DNA of 64,000 bases from Eledone cirrhosa (taxonomy: Eukaryota). Shown in pieces: positions 61,916 through 64,000 of the stretch. The position numbers and the translations under genes are program-made. Positions within the stretch are counted from its first letter, which is position 1, and each line of letters starts with the position of its first letter. Below the pieces are notes generated by a model. The model saw only the letters and a list, made by a program, of their open reading frames with translations, searched no databases and was not told where the DNA came from. The DNA lies in contig OZ024748.1 of assembly GCA_964016885.1 (NCBI GenBank), positions 40,362,001 to 40,426,000 on the forward strand, read 5' to 3'.

Positions 61916-64000
61916 GACCATACATATAGAATTTGTGTATAGACCATACATATAGATATTGTATATAGACCACAGATATAGATATTGTGTATTGACCATA
62001 CATATACATCTTGTATAGACCATACATATAGATCTTGTATAGACCATACATATAGATCTTGTATATAAACCATACATATAGATCTTGTATAGACTATACA
62101 TATAGATCTTGTATATAGACCATACATATAGATCTTGTATAGACCATACATATAGATCTTGTATAGACCATACATATAGATCTTGTATAGACCATACATA
62201 TAGATCTTGTATAGACCATACATATAGATCTTGTATATAGACCATACATATAGATCTTGTATAGACAATACCTATAGATCTTGTATATAGACCATACATA
62301 TAGATCTTGTATAGACCATACATATAGATCTTGTATATAGACCATACATATAGATCTTGTATAGACCATACATATAGATCTTGTATAGACCATACATATA
62401 GATCTTGTATATAGTCCATACATATAGATCTTGTATAGACCATACATATAGATCTTGTATAGACCATACATATAGATCTTGTATAGACCACACATATAGA
62501 TGTTGTATATAAACCATACATATAGATCTTGTATAGACCATACATATAGATCTTGTATAGACCACACATATAGATATTGTATAGACCATACATATAGATC
62601 TTGTATATAGACCATACATATAGATCTTGTATAGACCACACATATAGATATTGTATAGACCATACATATAGATCTTGTATAGACCACACATATAGATATT
62701 GTATAGACCACACATATAGATCTTGTATAGACCATACATATAGATCTTGTATAGACCATACATATAAATATTGTATATAGACCATACATATAGATCTTGT
62801 ATAGACCATAGATATAGATCTTGTATATAGACCATACATATAGATATTGTATAGACCATACATATAGATATTGTGTATAGACCATACATATAAATCTTGT
62901 GTATAGACTATACATATAGATCTTGTGTATAGATAATACATATAGATCTTGTATAGACCACACATATAGATCTTGTGTATAGACCATACATATAGATCTT
63001 GTGTATAGACCACACATATAGATCTTGTGTATAGACCACACATATAGATCTTGTATATAGACCATACATATAGATCTTGTATAGACCATACATATAGATC
63101 TTGTGTATAGACCATACATATAGATCTTGTATAGACCATACATATAGATCTTGTATAGACCATACATATAGATCTTGTATAGACCACACATATAGATCTT
63201 GTATATAGACCACACATATAGATCTTGTATAGACCATACATATAGATCTTGTGTATAGACCATACATATAGATCTTGTATATAGACAACACATATAGATC
63301 TTGTGTATAGACCATACATATAGATCTTGTATAGACCATACATATAGATCTTGTATAAACCATACATATAGATCTTGTATAGACCATACATATAGATCTT
63401 GTATAGACCACACATATAGATATTGTATAGACCACACATATAGATCTTGTGTATAGACCACACATATAGATCTTGTGTATAGACCATACATATAGATCTT
63501 GTATATAGACCATAGATATAGATCTTGTATAGACCATACATATAGATATTGTATAGACCATACATATAGATCTTGTATATAGACCATACATATAGATCTT
63601 GTATAGAGCACACATATAGATATTGTGTAGACCACACATATAGATATTGTATAGACCATACATATAGATCTTGTATATAGACCACACATATAGATATTGT
63701 ATAGACCATACATATAGATCTTGTATAGACCATACATATAGATCTTGTATATAGACCACACATATAGATCTTGTATAGACCATACATATAGATCTTGTAT
63801 AGACCATACATATAGATCTTGTATAGACAATACAAATAGATCTTATATAGACCACACATATAGATCTTGTATTTAGACCACACATATAGATCTTGTATAG
63901 ACCATACATATAGATCTTTTATAGACCATACATATAGATCTTGTGTATAGACCATACATATAGATCTTGTGTATAGACCACACATATAGATCTTGTATAG

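Larger units (their letters stand above)
1..64000. repeat. Tandem satellite array of 24/26-bp monomers, consensus AGATCTTG[TA|TG]TATAGACCAYACATAT, about 2,600 copies head-to-tail, truncated by both window edges
   Basis: Directly visible on every line. The 24-mer agatcttgtatagaccatacatat alternates irregularly with the 26-mers agatcttgtatatagacc... and agatcttgtgtatagacc.... There is a common T/C variant (catac/cacac). No non-repeat interruption or inverted monomer was seen. Confidence 0.99.

Noticed and set aside
11-63985. Many long minus-strand ORFs (up to 2217 aa) and short plus-strand (IDHTYRSC)n ORFs as protein-coding genes
   Set aside because: They overlap in all three frames and consist only of translated monomer. 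They change frame at every 26-bp unit and have no unique domain, start context or flanking gene structure.
1-64000. CRISPR array (24-26-bp partly palindromic repeat)
   Set aside because: The repeats abut directly with no unique spacers, no leader and no cas genes.
1-64000. Telomerase-made long-unit telomeric repeat (budding-yeast-like 23-26-bp units; the minus strand has TATGTRTGGT)
   Set aside because: The resemblance is only a short motif and the G-strand bias is weak. Rare variants are propagated in kb-scale blocks, which indicates DNA-templated duplication rather than de novo templated addition. A recombination-maintained terminal array cannot be excluded without positional data.
1-64000. 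Pure technical artefact (rolling-circle/MDA concatemer, synthetic or data-storage DNA)
   Set aside because: The nested duplications of many different periods, hierarchically shared SNPs and in-register indels fit natural satellite evolution rather than a single fixed-period concatemer. Local misassembly remains possible.
1-64000. TATA-box-like motifs (TATATA, TATAAA) and GATC clusters as promoters or oriC/iteron-like elements
   Set aside because: They are inherent to the AT-rich monomer. There is no adjacent gene, rep gene, DnaA box or unique origin context.
1-64000. Z-DNA from alternating purine-pyrimidine tracts (CATACATATA, TGTGTATA)
   Set aside because: The tracts are about 10 bp or shorter, dominated by TA steps that disfavour the Z form, and broken by AGATCT and GACC.

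Overview
The whole 64-kb window is one uninterrupted, single-orientation, AT-rich tandem satellite array that runs off both ends. The consensus monomer is 24 bp (AGATCTTGTATAGACCATACATAT, 7/24 G+C, one BglII/GATC site). It is interleaved with two 26-bp forms carrying an extra TA or TG, giving roughly 2,600 monomers (estimate: 64,000 / ~24.7). I see no unique sequence, gene, RNA gene, transposon or CRISPR spacer. The long ORFs are artefacts: the reverse-complement monomer has no stop codon in any of its three frames (MYGLYKIY / YVWSIQDL / ICMVYTRS). The real information is in the variant pattern. Rare substitutions mark irregular kb-scale higher-order duplications (offsets 3886/4108, 4711/4835, 3427, 1814, 1266, 2506, 1534/3888, 13317 and 21735/21785 bp). 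They also mark a switch between two variant subfamilies at about 34-38 kb. The 26-mer looks like a diverged 13-bp dimer. The best interpretation is eukaryotic-type satellite DNA evolving by unequal exchange or template switching; the organism and any function cannot be determined from the sequence. I found no support for a new gene-encoded system. Duplication boundaries are approximate (read by eye); the offsets were checked on marker positions and ORF coordinates.
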